A stretch of DNA of 64,000 bases from Candidatus Multivoradales bacterium (GTDB lineage Bacteria; Acidobacteriota; Thermoanaerobaculia; Multivoradales; JAHEKO01), in the NCBI GenBank assembly GCA_965248055.1, contig CBDFIJ010000004.1:192001-256000 (forward strand), given 5' to 3'. The notes under the pieces were generated by a model, which was given only the letters and a program-made list of their open reading frames with translations, had not been told where the DNA came from and ran no database searches. How positions within the stretch are numbered: position 1 is the first letter of the stretch; each line of letters begins with the position of its first letter. Shown here piece by piece: positions 36,575-44,822 of the stretch. Position numbers and translations under genes: made by a program.

Positions 36575-38641
36575 ATGGCAATTCCCCAATCTCTCAAGAC
36601 TGCTTTCGAAAAATCCGACTTTGATGCGATCGAGTCGGCATGGATTGAACACGCCGAAGACGCACCCGACGACGTTGACTTCTTCGCTGGAACCGCTCGC
36701 GCACTAACCGGACAAGGGCAAGAAGAATTGGCGCGCATGCTCCTTCACTTGCTCGACGATGAACTCGCCGATACGGGTAAATGGTCCCAACGCATGAATC
36801 TCTTGCGAGCTACCGGTAAGTTGTTCCACCGACCGAAGACCCTCTACGACGCGGTGATCGACAGCCTGCGAGCGATCCACGCCAAGCACGGACGCCTCGA
36901 TGAGTTGATTAAGGTAGCGGGGCTGCATCGACTGGTTGATCGGGAGAACGATCTCTGGCGCCGGGTCGACGGATTGCAGTCGTTGACCGGTTTCGACGCC
37001 GGTGCCGTGGTCACCATGGAAGGCCATGGCGTCGGCAAGATTCTTGACGTCAACACCGATTTGGAGTCGTTTCGGGTCGAGTTTCCCGGTGCAGCACCGA
37101 TGAATGTCGGTTTCCGAGCGGCGGCCAAGCTGCTGACTACCATTCCCGCGGATAGTTTGGCGCACAAGTTAGTGGTTGACCCAGACTCGATCGACGAAGT
37201 GCTGTCCGACCAGCCACACCTCCTGTTGCAGGAAGTTTTTGCTCGTAGAGACCGAGCGATGAGCGGACCGGAAATCAAAAAGGCACTTCTGGGAGTACTC
37301 CCGGAAGCACGCTGGGCAAAGTGGTGGGCGGCGGCGCGCAAGCATCCTCAAGTGATTGCCGACTCCAAAAAGCGCAATGCTTATCGTTGGGTCGACAGCA
37401 ACGAAGAGGCGACCGACGCCTTGACCAACCGATTCAATGTCGCTGACCTCACCGGTAAGCTTCGGGTGCTGGCGGAAGTCCAAGACCGCCCGGAACTGCT
37501 GGCCTGGGTCGCCGACCAGTTGCGCACCTTGGTCCTCGATAATCCAGTCACCAATCCCGCTGAGGTAGCGACGGCATGGGTTCACCTCAAGCGAGCTTCT
37601 AGTAAGTTGGTCAGCGACCTGCCCCCCTCACATCTTCTCGACTGTTCCGCAGATCGACTGGCGGAGATTTTTGATGGGGTGGCCAATGCTACCGATCGTT
37701 TGGGCCTCTACGACCTTCTCGCCAGCCAGCGAGACGACTGGCAGCAAGTGGTCAGCCTGCGCCTTGCCCGCGAGCCAGAGCCGCGACTGGTCGGCGCACT
37801 GATCAACCACCTGGACCAAGAAGACCGGGCGAAGACCATCCTCGATGCCATCCGGCGTGCCTCTCGATCTCCAGCAGCCTTTGTCTGGGTCGCCGAATCG
37901 GCGCGGGAGAACGACGCGATTCGCAGTCTGCAACCCGCGCTATTGATGAAAAAGCTGATCGGCGCCCGCTCGCTCGATGCCTTCGAGGAATTTCGCACTC
38001 GTTTGGCGGTGCTCTTTGAATCTGGCGGAACCGTCCCTCGCTTGCTGGCAGAACTATCCGAAGAACAGGCGGCGGACGTACACAAGAGCGTCAAGGATTC
38101 GCGCCTCTCTTCCGCCGAACGACTCGGCCTCATGGCGACCTTAGAAACTAAGTTCCCCAGTCTGAGGGAAGAGGCCTCTCGGGGCCTCTACGCTCTCAGG
38201 AGCTCGATCGATCAGCGGCGCGAGCAACTCAGGGTGATCAAAGAAGAGGAGCTCCCGACCAACCGCAAAGCGGTAGAAGAGGCAGCGGCGTTGGGCGACC
38301 TACGCGAAAACTTCGAGTACAAGTCGGCCCGACAACGCCAGGAATATTTGTCTGGGATGGCTGCCAAACTGGAGGCCGAACTCGCCAGTGTGCGGCCTCT
38401 GGATTTGTCCCAAGCTTCGAGCGACGAAGTGCGCATCGGCAGCACCGTGACCCTCTCCGGCGATCCTGAGATCCAATACGCGATTTTGGGCCCCTGGGAA
38501 AGCGAACCCGAGCACGGCGTCATTTCCTACCAGTCGGCGCTGGGAGGCAAATTGCTGGGCATGGCAGTCGGCAGCCGAATCATGGCTGGCGACCAAGAAC
38601 GAGAAGTGCTGGCGGTCGGGCTCTATTCTGAAACGACCTGA
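36575..38641 (+). CDS. greA: Transcription elongation factor GreA with long N-terminal extension
   Basis: C-terminal GDLRENFEYKSAR, ILGPWES, ISYQSALG..LLG preceded by ~530 aa of additional sequence. Confidence 0.85.
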   Translation: MAIPQSLKTAFEKSDFDAIESAWIEHAEDAPDDVDFFAGTARALTGQGQEELARMLLHLLDDELADTGKWSQRMNLLRATGKLFHRPKTLYDAVIDSLRAIHAKHGRLDELIKVAGLHRLVDRENDLWRRVDGLQSLTGFDAGAVVTMEGHGVGKILDVNTDLESFRVEFPGAAPMNVGFRAAAKLLTTIPADSLAHKLVVDPDSIDEVLSDQPHLLLQEVFARRDRAMSGPEIKKALLGVLPEARWAKWWAAARKHPQVIADSKKRNAYRWVDSNEEATDALTNRFNVADLTGKLRVLAEVQDRPELLAWVADQLRTLVLDNPVTNPAEVATAWVHLKRASSKLVSDLPPSHLLDCSADRLAEIFDGVANATDRLGLYDLLASQRDDWQQVVSLRLAREPEPRLVGALINHLDQEDRAKTILDAIRRASRSPAAFVWVAESARENDAIRSLQPALLMKKLIGARSLDAFEEFRTRLAVLFESGGTVPRLLAELSEEQAADVHKSVKDSRLSSAERLGLMATLETKFPSLREEASRGLYALRSSIDQRREQLRVIKEEELPTNRKAVEEAAALGDLRENFEYKSARQRQEYLSGMAAKLEAELASVRPLDLSQASSDEVRIGSTVTLSGDPEIQYAILGPWESEPEHGVISYQSALGGKLLGMAVGSRIMAGDQEREVLAVGLYSETT

Positions 38642-39252
38642 GACAGCTCGATTCGCACCACCTCAGACCCCACCGTAGCGACCACGACCTTGGTTCCAGC
38701 CGGGACCCTCTCCCCCAATCGGCTCAGTGCTTGTAACGCTTGATCGGCGGTAGCTGACGAAGCGGCTACCTCCTGCTCGACGGTGATTCCTGGCTCGATC
38801 CAGGTTCCCTCATCGATCACGGTAAACGACTCCAAGTGCGACCGAGAAAGTCTTTGTTCACTTTCAATCGGAGCAAAGATCACCGTGCTGGCGTCTTCAC
38901 TCTGTTGGTTTGCCCGAGACACAGCGAGTGCCATCACCCCCAACGCCACCACCACTCCCAGATAGCCAAGAATCATCGGGTCTGGCCAGCGCTTCCAAGA
39001 CTTCTCCAAACGTTGCCGCAGCCGGCTGTGACCAATCGACAAGCGATGTTGACGGACCGTCATCCCCAAGGTCGACGGTGGTGCAACGCGCTCCAGGCCG
39101 CGCAGTCCGTCCACTAGCTGTCGGGTCGACAGATAGCGTTCCTGGCATTGGTCGCATTCATCGAGATGACTCTCCAACCATCGGCTGCGCGCCGGAGAAA
39201 GCTCCCGGTCGATAAAAAGAGAAAGATCTTGTGCGGTCGCGTGTGCGCTCAT
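38623..39252 (-). CDS. Zinc-binding (zf-HC2) transmembrane anti-sigma factor
   Basis: H...LSLFIDREL...HLDECDQC (HxxxCxxC), one TM helix; directly downstream of the ECF sigma gene. Confidence 0.85.
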   Translation of the reverse strand: MSAHATAQDLSLFIDRELSPARSRWLESHLDECDQCQERYLSTRQLVDGLRGLERVAPPSTLGMTVRQHRLSIGHSRLRQRLEKSWKRWPDPMILGYLGVVVALGVMALAVSRANQQSEDASTVIFAPIESEQRLSRSHLESFTVIDEGTWIEPGITVEQEVAASSATADQALQALSRLGERVPAGTKVVVATVGSEVVRIELSQVVSE

Positions 39253-39257
39253 GGTCG

Positions 39258-39878
39258 CTATCCCTGGTGAGTTCTCAAGTCTGTCTGTCCCTTCAGCGCA
39301 TCCCGGAGTGCCGCGCGGCCTCGGGCGATACGGGAGCGCACGGTCCCCAGGCGACATCCCAAAATAGTTTCAATTTCCCGGTAGTCCAATCCTTCGACGT
39401 CACGCAAAATCACCGCCTCGCGAAACTTCGCCGGCAATTCGGCGATCGCGGCGGTCAATCGGTCCTGCAACTCTGCTCCATAGGCGCGAGATTCTGGACT
39501 CAGCCCCGCGTCGACTGGCTGTGGAGCCGCCGACTCATCGTCCAGCGATCGGGTGTCCAAGCGGCGACGACGTAAGCGACTGCGAAAGCAGTTGATCGAC
39601 ACCTGGTAGATCCAGGTCTTCAAACTCGACTTGCCACGAAACGACTTCAGATTGCAAGAGATCCGCAATAGCGCCTCTTGGGCCAAGTCCTCGGCACGGG
39701 TCGGGTCGCCACAGAATCGCAACGCCAAGTTGTAGATCATTCGCTGATGGGTCTCGAAGATCTCCTCAAACGCCGCCGGATCGCCGGCGGCGTGACGATA
39801 AACCAAATCCAGATCATGCCCTCGGCGCACGGTCCATCCCTTGTCGCCAACGGTTGTGAATTCGGTTCGTGCTGTCAC
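39258..39878 (-). CDS. ECF sigma-70 factor
   Basis: AFEEIF...AEDLAQE...FRGKSSLKTWIY (region 2); LRDVEGLDY.EI...GTVRSRIARGR (region 4). Confidence 0.93.
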   Translation of the reverse strand: MTARTEFTTVGDKGWTVRRGHDLDLVYRHAAGDPAAFEEIFETHQRMIYNLALRFCGDPTRAEDLAQEALLRISCNLKSFRGKSSLKTWIYQVSINCFRSRLRRRRLDTRSLDDESAAPQPVDAGLSPESRAYGAELQDRLTAAIAELPAKFREAVILRDVEGLDYREIETILGCRLGTVRSRIARGRAALRDALKGQTDLRTHQG

Positions 39879-41668
39879 CCCGAAGAGTTAGACGCCTCGC
39901 CAGCCAGGCCGGTTCCCGCATTCTGAGCAGTCTGACCACTGGGTACCGGCTCGCCGTAGTACTCCAGAAGGCCCGCAAACAAAGACTCCGCCACCGACTG
40001 GCGAAAGTTTGCGGTCTGAATCAACGCTCGATCCCGTGCGTTCGCAAGGTTACACACTTCCACCAACACTTCCGCCGGAATTTGGTTGTAACGCAGTACC
40101 GCCGGTACGAATGATCGTTTACGAATGATCCGATCGCGGATTGGTTTGTCTTTGTGGATGGCGATGCCGCGCTTGCGCAACGCGCCAATCAGGTTACCGG
40201 CCAATTGCCGCGAGAGACCTTCTGAACGCACCACGTCTTTATGACTCAAGCTGACCCGCGGCGATTCACGGTATTCAGCGCGCTGCTGATAGACCGTGCC
40301 GCTCTTGCTGTAACTGCCACCTCGAAGCTGGGCTGACGGAATGTATGCCATCGCTCCGCGTAACGAGGGATGCAGAGAATCAGCGTGGATTGACATGAAA
40401 ATCACCCGCGACGAACTCCCGGTCTTGATCGCCCGACGATAGTGACTATTCGACAGATACCAGCGCAGATGGGCGGAGACCCTGGAATCCTCGATCGCGT
40501 AGGCCGGGCTGGTCAACACCTGGTGACCGCGCGAGTACGGAAGCACGTCCCGGCTGCCGACGCTAAACGTCGATCCCTCCCGGGTAGTGGCAAACACGGT
40601 TGCCGAGGTCTGGCTTTCTACGAGTTGTTTGAGGCGCACCATGACGTCGTAGACGTAGAGGCTCTCCCAAACTCCGGACAATGAAGCACCGACATCTCGA
40701 CCACCATGTCCGGCATCCAAAACAATAGTCACTCCCTCCAAGGAGCTGGTCCGCTCTAGGTTGCGATACTGCGATGACTCGGCGCGGTTGGTTTCCCACT
40801 CGACGCGCCGTGAATCACCCGCCGGGAGAAACTCCGGCATCAACATCTCGATTGGAATCTTGACCTGATAACCAATCGGGATATCGGTGACATCGGCAAT
40901 GCCACTGCGGGTAGCGATCTGCTCGGCTAGGGCGTTGACCTCTTCGGCATAAACCCGACCAGTAAAGCGCACTACCACCGCCGAATACAGCGCTTCGCCG
41001 CCGGCCAATCGATAGGCCGCATACCTGCCCCGCGGATCTTCGCCGTAGGTCAACTCATAGCGCGGTTTCTGCGGCAGCCGCATTCTCAGATCCGATCGCA
41101 GCAATGCTGCCGGAATCAAAACCTGTTGGTCGACGCGCGGATCTCCCGAGATCTGATTGACCTGCTGAATACCCTGAGTCGATTCCGCTCCGGTAAACCA
41201 ACGGGCAATCGCTCGCAGCGAAGCCGACCCCGACACTTGGTGGTGCCAGCCATCCGATTCCAGTCGATCGTCGGGAAAAAGTGCCCGCAACACCCGAAAC
41301 CGCAAGTCTGGCACCACGATCTCGACCGGCACCTTGTACCGGTTGCCAAAGCGCAAAGTTCTGGTTCCCCGGTTGGACGCTGCGATGGTGCGCCAGTGCT
41401 GATCGGTGCCACACAGCCTACGGGTAAAGGCGTACAACCCTTCGGCCGCAAGTGGATAGGTCTCAACAAACACCGCATCCCCGTCAACGGTGGCAGTCAT
41501 GCGATTCTCCATCGCCACCCGACGAGGAGCCGCAGACAGAGACCCAACCATTGCCGCACACAGCAGCGACAGCGTCAGCCAGATCGCCAAGCGATCGATT
41601 CGCCGTCTACTGTCCGAATGCTTCAGCTTCACTCTCAACATCTCCCCGATGCTATCGGCAATCAACAT
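39875..41668 (-). CDS. N-acetylmuramoyl-L-alanine amidase (Amidase_3) with LysM-like repeats
   Basis: Signal/TM segment, three degenerate LysM-like units ending YKVP, VLIP, VKIP; LDAGHGGRD, E, SIHADS, LVEVCNL. Confidence 0.85.
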   Translation of the reverse strand: MLIADSIGEMLRVKLKHSDSRRRIDRLAIWLTLSLLCAAMVGSLSAAPRRVAMENRMTATVDGDAVFVETYPLAAEGLYAFTRRLCGTDQHWRTIAASNRGTRTLRFGNRYKVPVEIVVPDLRFRVLRALFPDDRLESDGWHHQVSGSASLRAIARWFTGAESTQGIQQVNQISGDPRVDQQVLIPAALLRSDLRMRLPQKPRYELTYGEDPRGRYAAYRLAGGEALYSAVVVRFTGRVYAEEVNALAEQIATRSGIADVTDIPIGYQVKIPIEMLMPEFLPAGDSRRVEWETNRAESSQYRNLERTSSLEGVTIVLDAGHGGRDVGASLSGVWESLYVYDVMVRLKQLVESQTSATVFATTREGSTFSVGSRDVLPYSRGHQVLTSPAYAIEDSRVSAHLRWYLSNSHYRRAIKTGSSSRVIFMSIHADSLHPSLRGAMAYIPSAQLRGGSYSKSGTVYQQRAEYRESPRVSLSHKDVVRSEGLSRQLAGNLIGALRKRGIAIHKDKPIRDRIIRKRSFVPAVLRYNQIPAEVLVEVCNLANARDRALIQTANFRQSVAESLFAGLLEYYGEPVPSGQTAQNAGTGLAGEASNSSG

Positions 41669-41683
41669 CCAAGCCCAAGGGAG

Positions 41684-43075
41684 TTATCCCTGAATTTTCT
41701 GATTGAGTTCTCGGACTCTCTGATTGAGGCGATCGACCACGTTTTGCGTCTCGGCGCGCTCGCGCTCGTGCGACTCCCGCAGCCGCGCCAGTTCGACCTG
41801 ATTGCGATCCTTGAACTCGCGCAAGCTCTTCAATTCCTCACGGGTCTCCTCAATCTGGCTTTCCTGTGAGGTGATCCGTGCATCCTTTTCGTTCATCTGC
41901 TCGCGCAGTCGAACCTTTTCTTGCTCAAAGAGCTGCTTGGCTTCCTGAGCTTCGACCAAGATTGAAAAATCAGCAGGCGACGGAGCCATGTCGTCTCTCC
42001 CTTCAAATTGAGGAATCAATTTGCGCAGTTTTAGGGTCAGGTCATCCCGGTCCGGCGACTGGGCATGGGCCTCTTGGTAATCGACAAAGCCGTTGGCGAT
42101 CAACGCGATCAACGACTGGTTGAGCGTCTGCATCCGGTAGTACGACACCGACGACTCGATCTCTTCGGGGATCTCTTTTACCCGCCCCTCATGAATCAGC
42201 TTGGCGATCTGAGGACTGCGGCGCATGATTTCTACCGCCGCGATCCGCCCTTCACCGTTGCTGCGGCGCACCAAGCGCATGCTGATCACCGCACTGAGAA
42301 CCAGCGATAACTGGGCGCGAATTTGACTCTGTTGGCGACTGGGGAAAGTGTCAATGATGCGGTCGATGGTTTCCGCTGCGCTGTTGGTATGCACCGTGGA
42401 AAAAACCAAATGCCCGGTCTCAGCCGCCGAAATCACCGTTTCCATGGTCTCCAAGTCACGCATTTCGCCAACCATCAGCACGTCGGGATCCTGCCGTAGC
42501 GAGTTGCGCAGTGCCTCGCGAAAGGTCGGGGTGTCGATTCCCAATTCACGCTGCGCACAACTGCCGACGTCGTCCTTGAGCAAGAACTCCAAAGGATCCT
42601 CGATGGTGATCACATGGTCCGCTCGCTGCTGCAAGATTCTCTGCAACAGGGCAGCCAGCGTCGTCGATTTGCCACAACCAGTAGGACCGGTAATCAAGAT
42701 CAGCCCCATCGGCAGGTCAGTCAAGCCGAGCAGACTGTCGGGAAGGTCGAGGCCTTCCACCGTCGGCACCTCAAACGGTATCTGGCGCATCGCGATTGCC
42801 AAAGTGCCCCGCTGCTGGAAGATACTGCCGCGAAATCGCGCCAGGTTTTCCAGGCCATACCCCAAGTCCACCGCTCGGTTTTCCTCCAACTTTTCGCGCT
42901 CGCGCGGCGACAGCAGATCATCGACCACGCCTTCCAACCACTGCGAGGTCACCGCCTCACCGTCGAGCGCTTGCAGGCTGCCGTCCACCCGCACCAAAGC
43001 CGGGCGCCCAGCCTTCAGATGAAGGTCTGAAGCCCCCATCTCGACGGTAGTCTGCAGTAACTGTTGGAGTTCCAA
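41684..43075 (-). CDS. pilT: PilT/PilU-family type IV pilus ATPase with C-terminal coiled coil
   Basis: GASDLHL, GPTGCGKSTT, TIEDPLE, LRQDPDV..VGEMRD, AETGHLVFSTVHT; ~100-aa charged heptad tail. Confidence 0.88.
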   Translation of the reverse strand: MELQQLLQTTVEMGASDLHLKAGRPALVRVDGSLQALDGEAVTSQWLEGVVDDLLSPREREKLEENRAVDLGYGLENLARFRGSIFQQRGTLAIAMRQIPFEVPTVEGLDLPDSLLGLTDLPMGLILITGPTGCGKSTTLAALLQRILQQRADHVITIEDPLEFLLKDDVGSCAQRELGIDTPTFREALRNSLRQDPDVLMVGEMRDLETMETVISAAETGHLVFSTVHTNSAAETIDRIIDTFPSRQQSQIRAQLSLVLSAVISMRLVRRSNGEGRIAAVEIMRRSPQIAKLIHEGRVKEIPEEIESSVSYYRMQTLNQSLIALIANGFVDYQEAHAQSPDRDDLTLKLRKLIPQFEGRDDMAPSPADFSILVEAQEAKQLFEQEKVRLREQMNEKDARITSQESQIEETREELKSLREFKDRNQVELARLRESHERERAETQNVVDRLNQRVRELNQKIQG

Positions 43076-43152
43076 GTGTTATCCCCTGAAGCTTAGATCG
43101 AAATGTTGCCCGTCAGCTTAGTAACTTCACCTTCACCGACGCTCGGACGGGG

Positions 43153-43761
43153 TCAGTTGTCAGCGTAGTGACGCATCAATCCGACCACAACCCCCTGCAC
43201 ATGCAGCTGATCCAAGCTAACGCGAATCGGCTGAAAGGCAGTGTTCGCCGGCACTAACACCGCTTCATCACCCTGCACCTGGAGATGCTTCAGCGTCACT
43301 TCACTGTCGACCCTGGCCACCACCAAATCTCCACTCTTGGCCTGCTTACCACCGTCCACCACCACCACGTCACCGGGCAGAATTCCCGCATCGAGCATCG
43401 ATTCGCCTTCTACCTGTAGCGCGAAATTACTGGCCACCGTGGTACACAGAGAAGCAGGCACCGCCACTCGCTCCTGCACCGGAAACGCCTCGACCAGCCC
43501 TCCGGCAGCCACCCTGCCCAACATCGGTACCGATCCTAGGTCGGTGGTGATCGATTCCACCCGCGTCCCCCGGCTCTTATGTCGCTCTCGACTGAGATAC
43601 CCCTGATGGCGAAGCGCCTTCAAGTGCTTGTGTACCGTGCCATAGGACGAATAGCCAAACGCCTCAGCGATTTCCCTATGCGTCGGCGAATAGCCCTCGG
43701 TCAAGGCATAGCCTTGAATAAAGTCGAGAATATCCCGCTGCTTGGGTGTCAATTGGGGCAC
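43153..43761 (-). CDS. lexA: SOS repressor LexA
   Basis: LTPKQ..IL.FI...PT.REIA, VAAG cleavage site, GESM (Ser), TLK (Lys). Confidence 0.93.
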   Translation of the reverse strand: MPQLTPKQRDILDFIQGYALTEGYSPTHREIAEAFGYSSYGTVHKHLKALRHQGYLSRERHKSRGTRVESITTDLGSVPMLGRVAAGGLVEAFPVQERVAVPASLCTTVASNFALQVEGESMLDAGILPGDVVVVDGGKQAKSGDLVVARVDSEVTLKHLQVQGDEAVLVPANTAFQPIRVSLDQLHVQGVVVGLMRHYADN

Positions 43762-43766
43762 CGCTT

Positions 43767-43795
43767 ATGCTGGCGTGATCAGGTTGAAAGGTCAA
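43767..43795 (-). promoter_or_regulatory. Putative sigma-70 promoter for lexA (leaderless geometry)
   Basis: TTGACC-17 bp-CAGCAT, 5 nt before the GTG start; no SD. Confidence 0.5.
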
Positions 43796-43836
43796 GCGAT
43801 GGTGTACCGCAGGACTAGCCGCAGTCATGCAGGCAA

Positions 43837-44013
43837 GGGGACACAATACCCCCACACCGAAAGGTCGAAGCGGAGTCCAAGGCTGATGATCTACCATGCA
43901 CAGGAGTGTCTACACAATGAGGTTTGTGTCCCCATCACAAGGTCAACGCGGAGTCCAAAGTTGATGGTCTACAAAGCGCCGCAGCGTCTCCATAACAAGG
44001 TTTGTGTCCCCAT
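43837..44013. repeat. MITE/REP-like element with 78-bp tandem duplication
   Basis: GGGGACACAA at 43837 is inverted to TTGTGTCCCC at 43924 and 44002. Units starting 43861 and 43939 match 60/75 by hand. Confidence 0.8.
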
Positions 44014-44099
44014 TTCCAGCAGGACTAACCGCTGGCGGCCAAGCACTTGCCGCAACGCTGGATGGCGGCGAGAGTCGCAAGGATCGTGTTAGCTCCCAC

Positions 44100-44822
44100 C
44101 TAGCCCGAGGGCCACGGACCTTTGCTACGCATCGACCACCAGCGACCGGAGGCCCCCAAAATCAAGTGATCGATCAAGTGTACGCCGAGTGGCTCTCCCG
44201 CTTCCAACATCCGACTGGTAAAGGCCACGTCTTCGGTACTGGGTCGAGGATCTCCGCTGGGATGGGTGTGGAATAGAATGCAGTTCCCCGCTCCGTTGAG
44301 CAGCGCCTGGCGCAAGATGGGCCGTGGCTCGACCGCCGCTCGTGTCAGCGTGCCTCGAAACAAACACTCGGTGCCCAACAATCGATGGCGACTATCTAAA
44401 TAGACCACACCCATGGTCTCCTGATCTCGGTCCAGGAAGGACATGCGCAGATAGTCGGCAACCGCTTCTGGATCGGCAAGAGGGGTACGTTCGGGAAGTC
44501 TCATTGCCGCCCAACGCCTTCCCAACTCAAGTGCCGCCATCAACGTCGCTTGTTTGGCATCCCCCAGCCCGGAGCGTTTCCAGGAAACTCGCGAAGTTGC
44601 AGCCAATCCGCCAATGCCACCGACGTCGCTCAGCAGCTCGCGGGCCAAATTCATCGCCGACTTACCGCGCGTCCCGGTGCGCAGCAGTACCGCAACCAAC
44701 TCAGCGTCTGAGATTCCCTGCGCACCCCCGTTCAGTAATCGTTCACGAGGTCTCTCGTCGATCGGCAGGTCTCGTACCAGGAGCTGGGGGGTGGGTTGGC
44801 TGTGATAAGAACCGGCAGTCAT
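44100..44822 (-). CDS. radC: RadC/JAB-domain protein
   Basis: ERPRERLL, ELVAVLLRTG, HTHPSGDP.PS.ED, DHLI. Confidence 0.93.
   Translation of the reverse strand: MTAGSYHSQPTPQLLVRDLPIDERPRERLLNGGAQGISDAELVAVLLRTGTRGKSAMNLARELLSDVGGIGGLAATSRVSWKRSGLGDAKQATLMAALELGRRWAAMRLPERTPLADPEAVADYLRMSFLDRDQETMGVVYLDSRHRLLGTECLFRGTLTRAAVEPRPILRQALLNGAGNCILFHTHPSGDPRPSTEDVAFTSRMLEAGEPLGVHLIDHLILGASGRWWSMRSKGPWPSG

Noticed and set aside
43762-43840. Known LexA boxes upstream of lexA
   Set aside because: No CTGT-N8-ACAG, GAAC-N4-GTTC or GTTC-N7-GTTC match found by eye.
43861-44013. CRISPR mini-array
   Set aside because: Only two units, the whole 78-bp unit is homologous (no unique spacers), and there are no cas genes.
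44100-44822. radC as a mobile-element marker
   Set aside because: Full-length chromosomal type with the N-terminal domain; no mobile genes adjacent.
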